From NCBI GenBank assembly GCA_951406725.2, contig OX597827.1, positions 44,578,001 to 44,642,000 of the forward strand: a stretch of 64,000 nt of DNA. The letters run 5' to 3'. The notes below the pieces were generated by a model. That model made no database searches, was not told the origin of the DNA, and worked only from the letters and a program-made list of their open reading frames with translations. Below, piece after piece: positions 26,009 to 38,577 of the stretch (its first letter is position 1; every line of letters starts with the position of its first letter). A program made the translations under genes and the position numbers. The stretch is from Octopus vulgaris (lineage: Eukaryota).

Positions 26009-26659
26009 ACATAGAATATGTGTACACATTAACACTTTCTAATAGATTGTTATACACACACACACACACACAGATCAATGTGTGTGTGTGTATTATGGAT
26101 AACAGGGGAATTAACCATCAGCTATGAATAAGTAAATAAACTCTACTAGGGTGATAGAGTACATTTTCTTTCATTTGTACCTCTTTACGTAACTAAACAC
26201 ATAAGGTTGCATCTCAACATACCTCGGTACTGAACCAGAAGCTAGTGTTTATAGTCTTTGTAACTTCCAAGGTCTTAGTTTTCCATTATCCTCCAATGCT
26301 TCAAACATCTGGTGTCTACAGAATAGTCTCTATGTGGTTGCTTGGTCTACTAAAAATAACAGCTAAGAATCTCCCTTCATAAAAATGAAACATTACATCG
26401 ATTAAGGTCCTAGATGCCTAAAAAAGAAAATGCCTTAAACAAAATTTTTTTTAGTCATAGGTTTTCTCAATCAGAAATGACTTGAGGCTGAATAACAACT
26501 GCTTCAAAACTTCCCCATTGTTTATTTGAATAGGTTACTCATGGCTATTTCAACTCATCTGTATGAGTTTGTATGTATGTAATAGGAAGTAAGACTCACT
26601 GTATTCATGCATGATGCTTACTTGCTTGATGAGCTACTTCACAAAACCTTTTTGTTTTA

Positions 26660-26908
26660 GAATAACAAACGAAATGAGGAAGGCTTCTAACAATGCAGAG
26701 ATGAAAGTTGAAAAGCCTTTATATATTTTGAGTACAAAGGTCATCTTCAGAAGGGTACCTTCAAAGAAATGTTTGTCTAGTCTATATAGATCACACACAT
26801 TTCTTTGACTGAACCCTTCTGAAGATGGGCCTTTACACCCAAGATATATAAAGGTTTTTCAACTTTCATCCCTGCATTGTTAGAAGTTTTCCTCATTTCA
26901 TTTATTAC
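26660..26908. repeat. ~250-bp imperfect palindrome (foldback), probably inverted Penelope-type terminal repeats
   Basis: Centred on TCTATATAGA (26781-26790). Arms pair along ~120 bp, e.g. CTTCTAACAATGCAG / CTGCATTGTTAGAAG and ATCTTCAGAAGGGT / ACCCTTCTGAAGAT. The palindrome is directly seen; the Penelope origin is inferred. Confidence 0.85.
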
Positions 26909-27042
26909 TTTACTTCTATACTACAATGCTTCAAGCAAACTACAACACTCTACATTTTTTTTCACCCTGTTTTCTCAGCTATTTTACCTTTGTCCTCATG
27001 TCACTGAAAAAAACAATATTCCCCCACCCATTCACTGTTTTT

Positions 27043-27443
27043 ATTTTACTTGATTCAGTCATTATTGGACTCTGAGCCATGTGGATTTAGCCAAATTGGC
27101 CTCAGTATTTGATGTTTTTAAAGCCTTGGTGCTTATACTATTTATATCATGCATGGGCAACCTGCGGCCCTCAAAGAGTTTCTAAGGTTACTAATTTCAT
27201 ACTAAGACAAATAAAATTAAGAAATTCAGTGTCAAGTGGGCAAGTAATATTTAATGTATATGTGTTTTATCATGTGGCCCTCTCCCACTTGGAAATGGTA
27301 CGATGCAGCCTCCAGTTGAGGAAAAGTTGCCTATCCCAGATTTATAGCTTTTTGCTGAATCACTAAGTTATAGGGATGTAAACAAACCAACATCAATGGT
27401 CAAGAGATGGTGGGGGACAAACACACACGTGCGTGTGTATGTA

Positions 27444-27495
<52 letters not shown>

Positions 27496-27658
27496 ACAAG
27501 TTTGTTTCTGTTTCGTCTACCAAATCCACTCACAAGGCTTCAGTCAGCCTGTATTTATAGCAGAAGACACTTACACAAGGTGTCATACAGTAGAACTGAA
27601 CCTAGAACCATGTGGTTGAGAAGCAAGCTTCTTACCGCACCATCATGCCTGTGCCTAT
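27043..27658 (-). mobile_element. Family A SINE with a nested hAT-type MITE (~27147-27340)
   Basis: SINE halves flank CATGCATGGGCAACCTGCGGCCC...GTTGCCTATCCCAG, resembling decayed CAGGxxTGGGCAAC hAT termini. Confidence 0.65.
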
Positions 27659-28200
27659 GTTCAGATTTTGTTGAAAATTTCTACTTGCATAGTTTTGCAT
27701 GCCAGTTACGACAATCACAACCATTTTTTTTTTTTTTTTGGAGAAACCAGCAATAAAAATGTTATGAACCTGGAACCTTGTTGTTGAGAAGCAGACTTCT
27801 AACCACACAGCCACGCCTGAAAAATAAGAATAAATCAAAAATCTATTTCAAATGATAAAGAAGAAAGAAAATCTTATTTATCAAATTCTTTGAATTCATT
27901 TCTTAAATGTTGGTCATAAGGCAAAGAAATATTCCAACTTGATTTATTTTTACTACAAGAAAATAAATGTTATTGTTGTTTGTAAACTCCATATGCATAA
28001 TGTGACACTAAACACTTGGCTATCTCATTCTCCCATGGGATGCAACTCTGTGGAATTCCCTCCTTCTTCATTGTTCTTTACTGTAAACAAGAAATATATC
28101 AACCAAATATTTGATTATCTGAAACTCTGTAATTCACTATTCTGGAATGTCCTGCAATGGTCGTGAACATTGCAGCTCCTCCTCTAACTAACTTGTTATA

Positions 28201-28542
28201 TATCATCATCATTTAATGTCCGCTTTCTATGCTGGCATGAGTTGGACGGTTTGACTGAGGTCTGGAAAGCCAGTGGCTGCACCAGGCTCCAATCTGATCT
28301 GGCAATGTTTCTACAGCTGGATGCCCTTCCTAACGCCAACCACTCCAAGAGTGTAGTGGGTGCTTTTTATGTGCCACTGGCACAGGAGCCAGTATGGCGG
28401 TCCTGACATCGATCATGTTCGGATAGTGCTTTTTACATGTCACCAGCACAGGAGCCAGTCAGGGAACACTAGCATCAAGCATGTTCGGATGATGCTTTTT
28501 ACATGCCATTGGCACGGGAGCCAGTCAGGTAGACCTGGCATC
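28201..28542 (-). mobile_element. RTE 3'-tail element (family C) with three ~60-bp internal repeats
   Basis: (CAT)n, reverse-complement RTE tail, then TGCTTTTTACATG...GCACAGGAGCCAGT repeated three times. Confidence 0.8.
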
Positions 28543-29256
28543 ATATATATATATATATATTCATTTGCATGTTTCAGTCATTATGCTGCTGCCACACTGG
28601 CCCCTCCTTTGAGAATTTTAGCCAAATGAATTAACTCCAGTGCTTTTTTTTTTTCTATTTTTAAGCTTGGTATTTATTCTGTCAGACTCTTTTGCTAAAC
28701 TGCTAAGTTACAAGGATGTTAACACACCAACACTGGTTGTTAAGTGGTGGTGGTGGAAGACAACCAACATTGGTTTGTTCACATCCTGTAACCTAGGAGT
28801 TCAGCAAACAGATATGAACAGAGTAAGTGCTAAGCTTTAAAAAGTAACTACTAAGGTCGATTCATTTGGTTGAAACCCTTCAAGGAAGTGCTCCCGCCTG
28901 GCTGCAGTCCAATGAATAGGAAGGACCCTGTCAGTTCTGAACATAGCGCATTGGACAAAATACATCATGTTGTTTCAGTTCATCCCTTTTACATTCTGAA
29001 TTCAAATCCTACGCAGTTACTCATTACCAATCATTCTTCTGTGGTTAATAAAATGCACATCAGTCGAAATATTGTGGTTGGGAGAACTATGTTGATATAA
29101 TTGACTATGCTCTCAAAGGGGGTAGCTGTAAACTGTCATGGCCGCAGTCCAATTTCAGAAACCCATAGTATGAGTACTTTTAATTTTTTTCTATTTCCAG
29201 TTTTATGTGATTTGAACAAACAAAACTGAAATTCAATGGTTCTTATATATATACAA

Positions 29257-29485
29257 ATGGCACGTAAAATGCACCAGCCTCACCTGGCACCTGTGCGGGT
29301 GGCACGTAAAAAGCACCCACTACACTCACGGAGTGGTTGGCGTTAGGAAGGGCATCCAGCTGTAGAAACATTGCCAGATAAGACTGGAGCCTGGTGCAGC
29401 CTTCTGGCTTTCCAGATCCCCGGTCGAACCGTCCAACCCATGCTAGCATGGAGAACGGACGTTAAACGATGATGATGATGATGAT
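29257..29485 (+). mobile_element. RTE 3'-tail element (family C), young
   Basis: Nearly identical to 38380-38578 (GGCACGTAAAAAGCACCCACTACACTCACGGAGTGGTTGGCGTTAGGAAGGGCATCCAG...); (GAT)n tail; between microsatellites. Confidence 0.85.
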
Positions 29486-31249
29486 ATATATATGTGTGTG
29501 TGTGTGTATCACTCATATGTGTATATATATATATATATATGAGAGATACAAACACACACACTCATGTATTAAATTGAAGAGTCTTTGATTGCATATGTCT
29601 ACTGGATTAGATATGCTCTCCGCCTAAGCCAAAAACATAACCAAATCTATACCTCTCTTGTAGCTGCTGTTGTATTGAAGAAGAAAATCTCAGTTGTTGC
29701 CAACAAACGGCAATATGTTGTTATTGCTGGTGTTTAGCCCAAGCCAGCCTTGACTAAGCAGATCAGAGAGGTTCCAGCTATAGCCTACTCATGTTTTCTT
29801 TTGTTCCCCCACCCCAATAATTATAGCCCTACATTAATTGTGTTTGTAGGATGTGATGGTGGGGATTGGTTTGACTGCTGTTATTTATGACAGGTTAAAC
29901 CACCAATATAGAGCAATTTTTTTTTCTGAGCTTCTGACTTGCCCCGGCTTGTACCCTAGTCTCTAGATCACAAGCATCAGTTGAAGTATTATTCTTAACT
30001 AGGTTACTTCAGTTACATAATACATTCCATAAAGCTCTCTTGAATATGGTTAGTGTTATTTTGGTTACTTAAAGCATATAATTACATATAAAGTAATGCA
30101 ATCAGAATTCTCTAATTAGCAATACGTAAGATTATGTGGGGAAATAATTGTGACTATATTGTTATACAAAAGGACTATTGTATTTTCTGCATTGGAATGA
30201 GGACATTTATTTATCTCTATATATGTTTGCAAATTTGTTTGTTTTCCCATGCTAACATGGGTTGGATAAATATACTATTGGGGCATTGTTTTAATAGCTG
30301 GATGTCTTGCCTGTCACTAAACCTTTACCCGTTTTTCAAGTAAGGGACCACTGATTTCACACACCTTCAAAGATGTGAAAGAAGCGGACAGTGCCAATAA
30401 AAATACCTTTTGTTGCAACCTTTGTAGAGTGCAGATATAAACAAACACACAAACACACACACATTCAGATACACATGCATATACAGACATTCACAACATA
30501 CCTACATGTACACAGATACACATGAATATACAGACTCTCACGGCAAACACATACACGCACAAACAAAAGGCTTCACAGACTTCTTTCTGTTTCCACCTAC
30601 CAAATTCACTCACACGGTATTGGTCAGACATGGTGTGTATAAAGAAGGCCCTTGAGTAAAGAAGGGTCAAGTGATCCAAGAGAATGGAAACCTAGTTCCA
30701 TCCACTTGGAACACTCACAGAAGATGAACACCAAAGAAGACAGGAAAGGAAGTGATCAAAGTTGATCTTCATAGTTCGAATCTCACAGAGGAAATGACAA
30801 GGGCCCACAGCATCACATCAAGTGGTGGCTTATTGTACTAGAAAAGGCCCATCCAGTTTGTGCTAGTATGGAAAAATAGGCCTAAAATGATAGCTGGTCT
30901 ATCTGTGCTTACATATCTTTCATCCAAGCATATCAGTAAAAGATGTGCCATAGTGAGATAACCAAATACCAAAGCACTCTTTGGTATTTAGAACAAATGC
31001 CAAACTGTGCTTTGGTATTTGTTCTATCTTAACTGCACAGACAATTCCTTGTGATTCTTGCCACCAGAAATGCAGTGAACCAGTGATTGACCTAATGAAA
31101 ACCTATAACCAATGTTGTTATTGCTCACCAAATGTGATGTATAATTTTTAAAAAATAAAACGAAATGTGTCTACAGAGTGACAAACATTTCAGCAGTAAT
31201 TAGGCTTATTCTCCTCTCCACTCTTTCTCTCTGTCTTGTATCATACCTA

Positions 31250-31645
31250 CAGGTATTTGTGATCAAGGACTGCCATGCCTCCTGTCCTATACACAACTTG
31301 TCATATCACTGAGGCAGCCTTTCTAAAGCCAGCTGATAACCCTGTGAATATCTTCTCTCACTGTCTTCCCTGGCTTCTTCCTTTCAGTTTCTTGTTTGTC
31401 ACCTTGTGCTCAAGGCTTAGTGTCCAATCAAATGAGCTTGTTGTCTTTTTATGTGATCGAGAAGCTTTCTCATGGCTCTTGTGTGTCAAAAGACTTTGAT
31501 ATTTGTCACTCCATCTGCATACGACAAGAGCATCCTTCTAAGGAATTGTATTTCTGCAGCATTGATGAACTTTTGCACTTGTTGATGTTCCAGATTACAG
31601 AACCTTATGTAAGGGTGGGTTGTACGTATGCCCCTAGGACTTTTT
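31250..31645 (-). mobile_element. Degenerate RTE LINE 3' fragment
   Basis: Minus peptide VLGAYVQPTLT*GSVIWNIN resembles the RTE motif LKCYVxxTLLYGxETWTI. Confidence 0.55.
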
Positions 31646-31659
31646 TCCTTACTCTAGAT

Positions 31660-31894
31660 CAGTGATTTTCAAATAGAGGCCATATAAGATTTTTTTGTTA
31701 AAATTTATCTACAATAAATTGTTTATACTTCTACAATACACAGTGTTTTAACAATTATTTTTATACAATTCCTAATAATATTTAATTATAAAAATATAAT
31801 AAGACTGCTTTAAACATCAAATGGCTATGGGGATCCAGTTGAGTAAAATAGTAATCAAACGGATCCATAAGCAAAGAAAGGTTGCAAACCACTG
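31660..31894. mobile_element. hAT-type MITE
   Basis: Termini CAGTGATTTTCAA / TTGCAAACCACTG; related to 34992-35547. Confidence 0.6.
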
Positions 31895-32596
31895 CTTCAA
31901 ATGGTAACCATTTATTTGACAATTTATGTTTGATTGAATTTGATCCCTCCTGGCTCTAAGTTTCATTCACATCTGTCATCATTTCAATTTTATTATAGTT
32001 TGAAAGCTAAGATATTACCTTGGTTTGAACGTATGATAGAAACGAAAGAGCTTAAGGTTAAATGTTCTGCTGTATTTAATCTTATTTATCCTTCTATATC
32101 TCTCTTCCTGGCCTGCTGTGGCAGGGGTAGATATACCATGTTCTTCATTCCTCTGGAGTTGATAAACTATAACCCTGTCATGTCCTAGTGTTGATTCCAT
32201 TAATTATCTTCTTTTCCTTATTAAAATTATCCTTGTGCCTCAATAAGAAACCAATATTGTTATATAACCAATGAGGGAGTATGATAGAAGGACCACGAAA
32301 ACTCCTTTGAATCACTTACTACTGCCTCAAAGATAAATTAGATAAGGCTACACAAATTTTATATGGCCCGTGATACACTGTTTGAAAAAAAATTACTGTG
32401 TAATATGACTTGGATGCATTTTAATCATGTTAGTGGGGGTAGGAACAGCTGTGTGGTTTAGAAATTCATTTTGCAGCCAGCTGATTCTGGATTCAGTCCT
32501 ACTTTGCACTGCACCTTAGACAATTGTGCTCTATTCTAATCTCATGTGTTCTATAAATGAAATTTTGGTCAAGGAGCTGTTTGTATATAAATATAT

Positions 32597-32925
32597 ATGA
32601 GAGCTCAAAATCTCTCGTGGAAGCGCCATCCAACCAAAATGCAAATATATGGGAGACTACCACCTGTGTCATCTCTTGTGAAAGGTAGGAGAGTCCAGTT
32701 TGCTGGACATTGTTGTAGAGCTGAAAAAGAAGTAATTTCTACTCTTCTCCTCTAGAAGCCATCTACTCGCAATACCAGAGGGCGCACACTCTCCTACCCT
32801 GATGTAATCTCCAGGGATACAGGCATCCAGCAACAGGACCTCCGTAATGCTATGATGGACCGTGAAGTCTGGCGTAACATAGTAAATTCCATTGTCTCGA
32901 CCACGGTCGAACAATGATGATGATG
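32597..32925 (+). mobile_element. 5'-truncated RTE-like LINE 3' end (second family) with TSD
   Basis: Translates RAQNLSWKRHPTKMQIYGRLPPVSSLVKGRRVQFAGHCCRAEKEVISTLLL*KP...DLRNAMMDREVWRNIV. (GAT)n tail; ATATAAATATAT on both flanks. Confidence 0.85.
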
Positions 32926-33232
32926 ATATAAATATATGCATATAGGATATATTTATATACAAGCCAGTGGTTGTCCAGCACCAAGGAAGAGAAACAACCC
33001 AGAAACCATTGGTTTGCTGGTACTGCCAGTGGCTAGAAGGGAACAATGAGCCCCCTTGCTTTCAGTATGTCTAGGAAAAGATGTTTTCCTGGGGTTAAAA
33101 AGTAGTAACATACTCATTGTCAGGACTGTCATGTTATGTTGGCCAATAAACTTTACTATATGCGTATATATTTCTCTAAAGTATATCAGCAAATTATGTA
33201 AATAGTTGCAAGATAACCAGAAAACCAATGCT

Positions 33233-33435
33233 TATTTCTTTAATACCCACAAGGGGCTAAACACAGAGGGGACGAACAAGGACAGACAAACGGATTAAGT
33301 CGATTATATTGACCTCAGTGCGTAACTGGTACTTATTTAATCGACCCCAAAGGGATGAAAGGCAAAGTCGACCTTGGCAGAATTTGAACTCAGAACGTAG
33401 TTGCAGACGAAATACCGCTAAGCATTTCGCCAGGC
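33233..33435 (-). mobile_element. 5'-truncated family B SINE (alternative tail) with 21-bp TSD
   Basis: Exact direct repeat GATAACCAGAAAACCAATGCT at 33212-33232 and 33436-33456. Confidence 0.9.
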
Positions 33436-33783
33436 GATAACCAGAAAACCAATGCTATCAAATAAAGTTACATGTGTTGTTCTGTCTGAGTTTCGCAGGC
33501 AATTTCTTGTCATCTCTCCTAATGGAAAAACTCTTAACAATAACACTATTTGTCCACCAAATGATATATAATATAAAATGAATAAATATGTAAGCCTGCT
33601 GGAGTTGATAAACTATAACCCTGTCATGTCCTAGTGTTGATTCCAACAAGGTTACCTCTTCATTTAAGATGGCTGTGTGTAATTTGAGAAACATTTGACT
33701 GTGATTACTAGCATGTTGAGTATGACATGAAGAAGCATCTTTGTTGGTAGTATTGTTGATCGTGGTAATGGGAATATATATAT

Positions 33784-34150
33784 ATAGGTGCAGGTGTAGC
33801 TGTGATAATCACATTGTTCCGGGTTCAGTCCCACTGTGTGACACCTTGGGCAAGTGTCTCCTACTAATAAGCCTCAGGCTGACCAAAGCCTTGTGAGTGA
33901 ATTTGATGGTGGACAGAACCTGGAAGAAGCCCGTCATATATATATATATTTGTGTGTGTCTGTGTTTGTCCTCCTGCCATCACTTGACAACTGATTTATG
34001 TCCCTGTAACTTAGTGGTTCAGTAAAAGAGACTGATAGAATAAGTACTAAGCTTACAAAGAATTGGTCCTGAGGTCCATTTCTTTGACTAATACCCTTTA
34101 AGGTGGTGCTCCAGCATAGCTGTAGTCAAATGACTGAAACAAATAATAAA
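33784..34150 (+). mobile_element. Family A SINE
   Basis: ATAGGTGCAGGTGTAGCTGTG...CCGGGTTCAGTCCCACTG...GTCAAATGACTGAAAC. Confidence 0.85.
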
Positions 34151-34991
34151 AAATGAATGTGAATATGCATTTGTTTATGTGTGTATTTGCTTTCTACGTG
34201 GAACTGACATGGGTGCTTTCTACCTGGCAACGACGTGGGTGCTTTGTACATGGCACCAAAGTGGGTGCATTCTACGTGGTACCAATGCGGGAGCATTCTA
34301 CATGATACCAATGGAAGGTGCATTCTACATGGCACAGGTACTTTTTATGTGACACCAACATGGATGTTTTTACGTAACACCAGCACATACACACACTGGA
34401 TCATGTAGTTGTAGATTTCTAGATACATTGTATCTGAAAAAAAATTAAAATTGGTGTGGTCATACATTAGAATGTTTTTCCTCTTAAGATGTCTTGATAA
34501 GAGCTGAACTAGAGCTAAACAGTGACAACATTCAATATCTTCTTATCTATCAGGATAGTGACTCAGCAGAAAGAACAACAAACCTTTACTAAATAAACAC
34601 CTTTTGTCTTTTTACTTTGTGACTTCATATCCTACAGATATTGACCTCAGATTCTTAAGGAATCTTGTTTATTTTTCGTCTCTTTTTTTTTTTTTTTTTT
34701 TTCTCTTTTACCAACATTCAGTCATTGAACTACCTCCATCCTAGGGCAAATCAAGGTTGGAGCCTGGTGCAGCCATCTGGTTTGCCAGTCCTCAGTCAAA
34801 TCATCCAACCCATGGAGAGCAGACATTAAACGATGATGATGATGATGATTGCACTTGTTTGTGGACTAAATATTTTAAAGAGGTTTGTGTCAATCACTAG
34901 GTCCCAGGTTCAATCCCATTGTGTGACATATTTAGCACTAAATGCCTTTTTTACTTTAGCCTCAAGTCAACTCAAATTCATGGATTTAATT

Positions 34992-35547
34992 CACTGGTTC
35001 TCTACTGGAGCTCATATAACCCCTGGGGGCCCATATAAGCAAAATAGTTAATTGGAGGTCTACAGTAGTATTTTAGGAGTCGGTGAAAAAAATTTTGTTT
35101 TCGGAGTATTTATTACAAGAAACGGCTCAGTTTCTCTCTGTAATGTTTTCTGTAGTTCAACCTACACAAGTTAATGTGTGGAGCACAAAGCAGAAATTTT
35201 GAAAGGAGTATCTATAAAACTAGTTTTTAACCCTTTAGCATTTAAACCGGCCATATCCTGCCAAAAGTATTCTGCCTGTTTTATGTTCAAACTGGCCAGA
35301 TCTGGTACCTCTTCATTTAAGATGGCTGTGTGTAATTTGAGAAACATTTGACTGTGATTACTCATTGAAATCTCAAATCTACAAGATAAAGCATGATTAA
35401 TTCAAAACAAAGTGGATGAAAAAGCATTAATTTTGGTAGAATAATGCGAACATTAAAGGGTTAAACATCACAGAGCTGTGGAGGTCCATCAAAATAGAGG
35501 AGTAATCAAAGAGGTGCATAGATAAGAAAAATGGTTGAGAACCACTG
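34992..35547. mobile_element. hAT-type MITE containing a nested TTAA MITE
   Basis: Termini CACTGGTTCTCTAC / GTTGAGAACCACTG. Confidence 0.6.
35231..35460. mobile_element. TTAA-type (piggyBac-like) MITE with a foreign 57-bp patch
   Basis: TTAA|CCCTTTAG...TTAAAGGG|TTAA. 35306-35362 is identical to 33653-33709. Confidence 0.85.
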
Positions 35548-35607
35548 GTTCACTTCATCGTGTAGGTACCAGTACTTATTTTTATATATGGTGCATTCTT
35601 ACTGATC

Positions 35608-35826
35608 CATGTTTGTGTATCCGTGTTTGTCTCTCCAACATCGCTTGACAACCGATGCTGGTGTGTTTACGTCCCCGTAACTTAGTGGTTCGGCAAAAGA
35701 GACCGATAGAATAAGTACTGGGCTTACAAAGAATAAGTCCTGGGGTTGATTTGCTTGACTAAAAGGCGGTGCTCCAGCATGGCCGCAGTCAAATGACTGA
35801 AACAAGTAATAGAGTAAAAGAGAGTA
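35608..35826 (+). mobile_element. Family A SINE, 3' half
   Basis: Near-consensus CATCGCTTGACAACCGATGCTGG...GACTGAAACAAGTAATAGAGTAAAAGAGAG. Confidence 0.85.
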
Positions 35827-36546
35827 TTTCAAATATTCCTCTATGTGCACCCTGCATGCTTTTCTCTCTCTCTCTCTGTCTAATTTTCACTGTAACATAA
35901 GTGTAATTATGTCCAACTCTCTCCTTGTATGGAACAAATTAGGTAAAAGATATTTTTTTCTTATTTTTGTAAGAAGATAATAGCTGTCAACAGTTTTTTT
36001 TTTACTGACCTTATTTATATATTTATCTACCTTATATATTTATTTTTTTGCATGTATATATAAGGATATATATATATAATCATAGGGTAGAAATGAGAAG
36101 AAAGAGAATAGAAAATGTTATAAATATTTTCTTGTCTCATCTACAGGAAGTTAGAGGAAATCTGAGACATATAACAGTTAGATAGATAGGAAGAGAAGGA
36201 GGGGTTGGGGCATTGTTTTATTGCATTTTCATCTCAGTAACTTTCTTTGCTCTTCAAACTTTATAAACCATCATCTCTATTTTGTTTCTCTTTTCAATAT
36301 ATTTTTCATTCAATGCAGGCAGGTAATAAGCAGCTGCTTCCATTGCATTGGGATGGGTTGGTTGTGGAAGTATAGCTCAGAGCATATATATATATATATA
36401 TATATTCTTTTATTCTTTTACTTGTTTCAGTCATTTGACTGTGGCCATGCTGGAGCACCGTCTTTAGCTAAGCATTTTGACCCCAGGATTTATTCTTTAT
36501 AAGCCTAGTACTTATTCTATCGGTCTGTTTTGCCACACACAAACAT

Positions 36547-36593
<47 letters not shown>

Positions 36594-36594
36594 C

Positions 36595-36622
<28 letters not shown>

Positions 36623-36625
<3 letters not shown>

Positions 36626-38577
36626 GATGAGATGCAGTTTGGGTTTGTGCCAGGGAAAAGTACTACTGATGCTATATTCCTGGTAAGGCAGCTGCAGGAG
36701 AAATACCTAGCCAAAGATAAGCCCCTGTACCTGGCTTTTGTTGACATGGAGAAAGCCTTCGACAGGGTCCCCCGATCCCTTATCTGGGGGGCAATGAGAA
36801 AACTAGGGATAGATGAATGGTTAGTGAGAGCTGTGCGGGCCATGTATAGGGACGCCGCTAGTAGGGTGAGGGTTGGAAATGAGTACAGTGAAGAATTCCG
36901 GGTAGAGGTAGGGGTCCACCAAGGCTCAGTACTCAGCCCCCTCCTATTTATCATAGTCCTCCAGGCAATAACGGAGGAATTCAAGACAGGATGCCCTTGG
37001 GAGCTCCTCTATGCTGATGACCTTGCTCTAATTGCTGAGTCGCTATCAGAACTGGAGGAGAAGTTTCAGGTGTGGAAACAAGGATTAGAATCGAAGGGCC
37101 TCAGAGTCAATCTAGCTAAAACCAAAGTCGTAATCAGTAGGAAGGTAGACAAATCACAAACACCTTCAGGTAGATGGCCCTGCTCGATCTGTAGAAAAGG
37201 TGTAGGTAGAAACTCTATAAGATGCACCAAGTGTAAGCTATGGACACATAAGAGATGCAGCAATGTCAAAGGAAGGCTAACTAGGAAGATGGTTTTTGTA
37301 TGTGGCAGATGCTCAGGAACAATAAACACTGAAAATGCTCTGAGACCAACTTCTGTCACTTTCCAGGGAGAAAAACTAGAAATAGTTGATAGTTTCCGTT
37401 ACCTAGGTGACCAAGTCAGCAGCGGGGGCGGGTGTGCTGAAAGTGTAACTGCTAGAGTAAGAATAGCTTGGGCAAAGTTCAGAGAGCTCTTACCTCTGCT
37501 GGTGACAAAAGGCCTCTCGCACAGAGTGAAAGGCAGACTGTATGATGCGTGTGTACGAACAGCCATGCTACATGGCAGTGAAACATGGGCCGTGACTGCT
37601 GAGGATATGCGTAAGCTCGCTAGAAATGAAGCCAGTATGCTCCGATGGATGTGTAATGCCAGTACTCACACTCGGCAGAGTGTAAGTACCTTGAGAGAAA
37701 AGCTGGACCTAAGAAGCATCAGTTGTGGTGTGCAAGAGAGACGTTTGCGCTGGTATGGTCATGTGGCGAGAATGGATGAAGATAGTTGTGTGAAAAAGTG
37801 CCACACCCTAGCGGTTGAGGGAACCTGTGGAAGAGGCAGACCCAGGAAAACCTGGGACGAGGTGGTGAAGCACGACCTTCGAACTTTAGGTCTCACCGAG
37901 GAAATGACTAGAGACCGAGACCTCTGGAAGTGTGCTGTGCGCGAGAAGACCCGGCAGGACAAGTGAGTCCACAACCCGTGGCCTTCTACATGGGATGGAG
38001 CCAGCCTACGTATGCATACCTTCCCTTCTTGGGACACAAAACTCTACTTGTGAAGACGTGTTGAGGCAAGTGAGGATCAGAATCGAAATCGATCAATGGA
38101 AATTGCGGATGTGCTACCAGTGCCGGTGGCATGTCGAAACTCTGCTTGTGAAGACCCATTGAGGCAAGTGAGGATCAGAATCGAAATCGATCAATGGAAA
38201 TCGATCAATGGAAATTGCAGATGTGTTACCAGTGCCGGTGGCATGTAAGAGAACCTTCCGTTTCGCGACCGTTGCCAGCACCGCCCCGTTTCGTGTTCGT
38301 TGCCAGCCTCGCCTGGCCCTCGTGCCGGTGGCACATAAAAAACACCATCCGTTCGTGGCCGTTTGCCAGCTCTGGCTGGCACCAGTGCGGGTGGCACGTA
38401 AAAAGCACCCACTACACTCACGGAGTGGTTGGCGTTAGGAAGGGCATCCAGCCGTAGAAACACTGCCAGATTTGACTGGGCCTGATGAAGCCTTCTGGCT
38501 TCACAGACCCCAGCAGAACCGTCCAACCCATGCTAGCATGGAAAACGGACGCTAAATGATGATGATGATGATGATGA

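Noticed and set aside
36530-36625. N-terminal 32 aa of the 478-aa ORF
   Set aside because: Translation of (TACA)n(TA)n microsatellite from a non-ATG start; RT homology begins at DEMQFGF.
38482-38510. CTGATGA hammerhead-like box in the RTE tail
   Set aside because: No GAAA after a stem, and sibling copies read CTGGTGCA, so it is a chance mutation.
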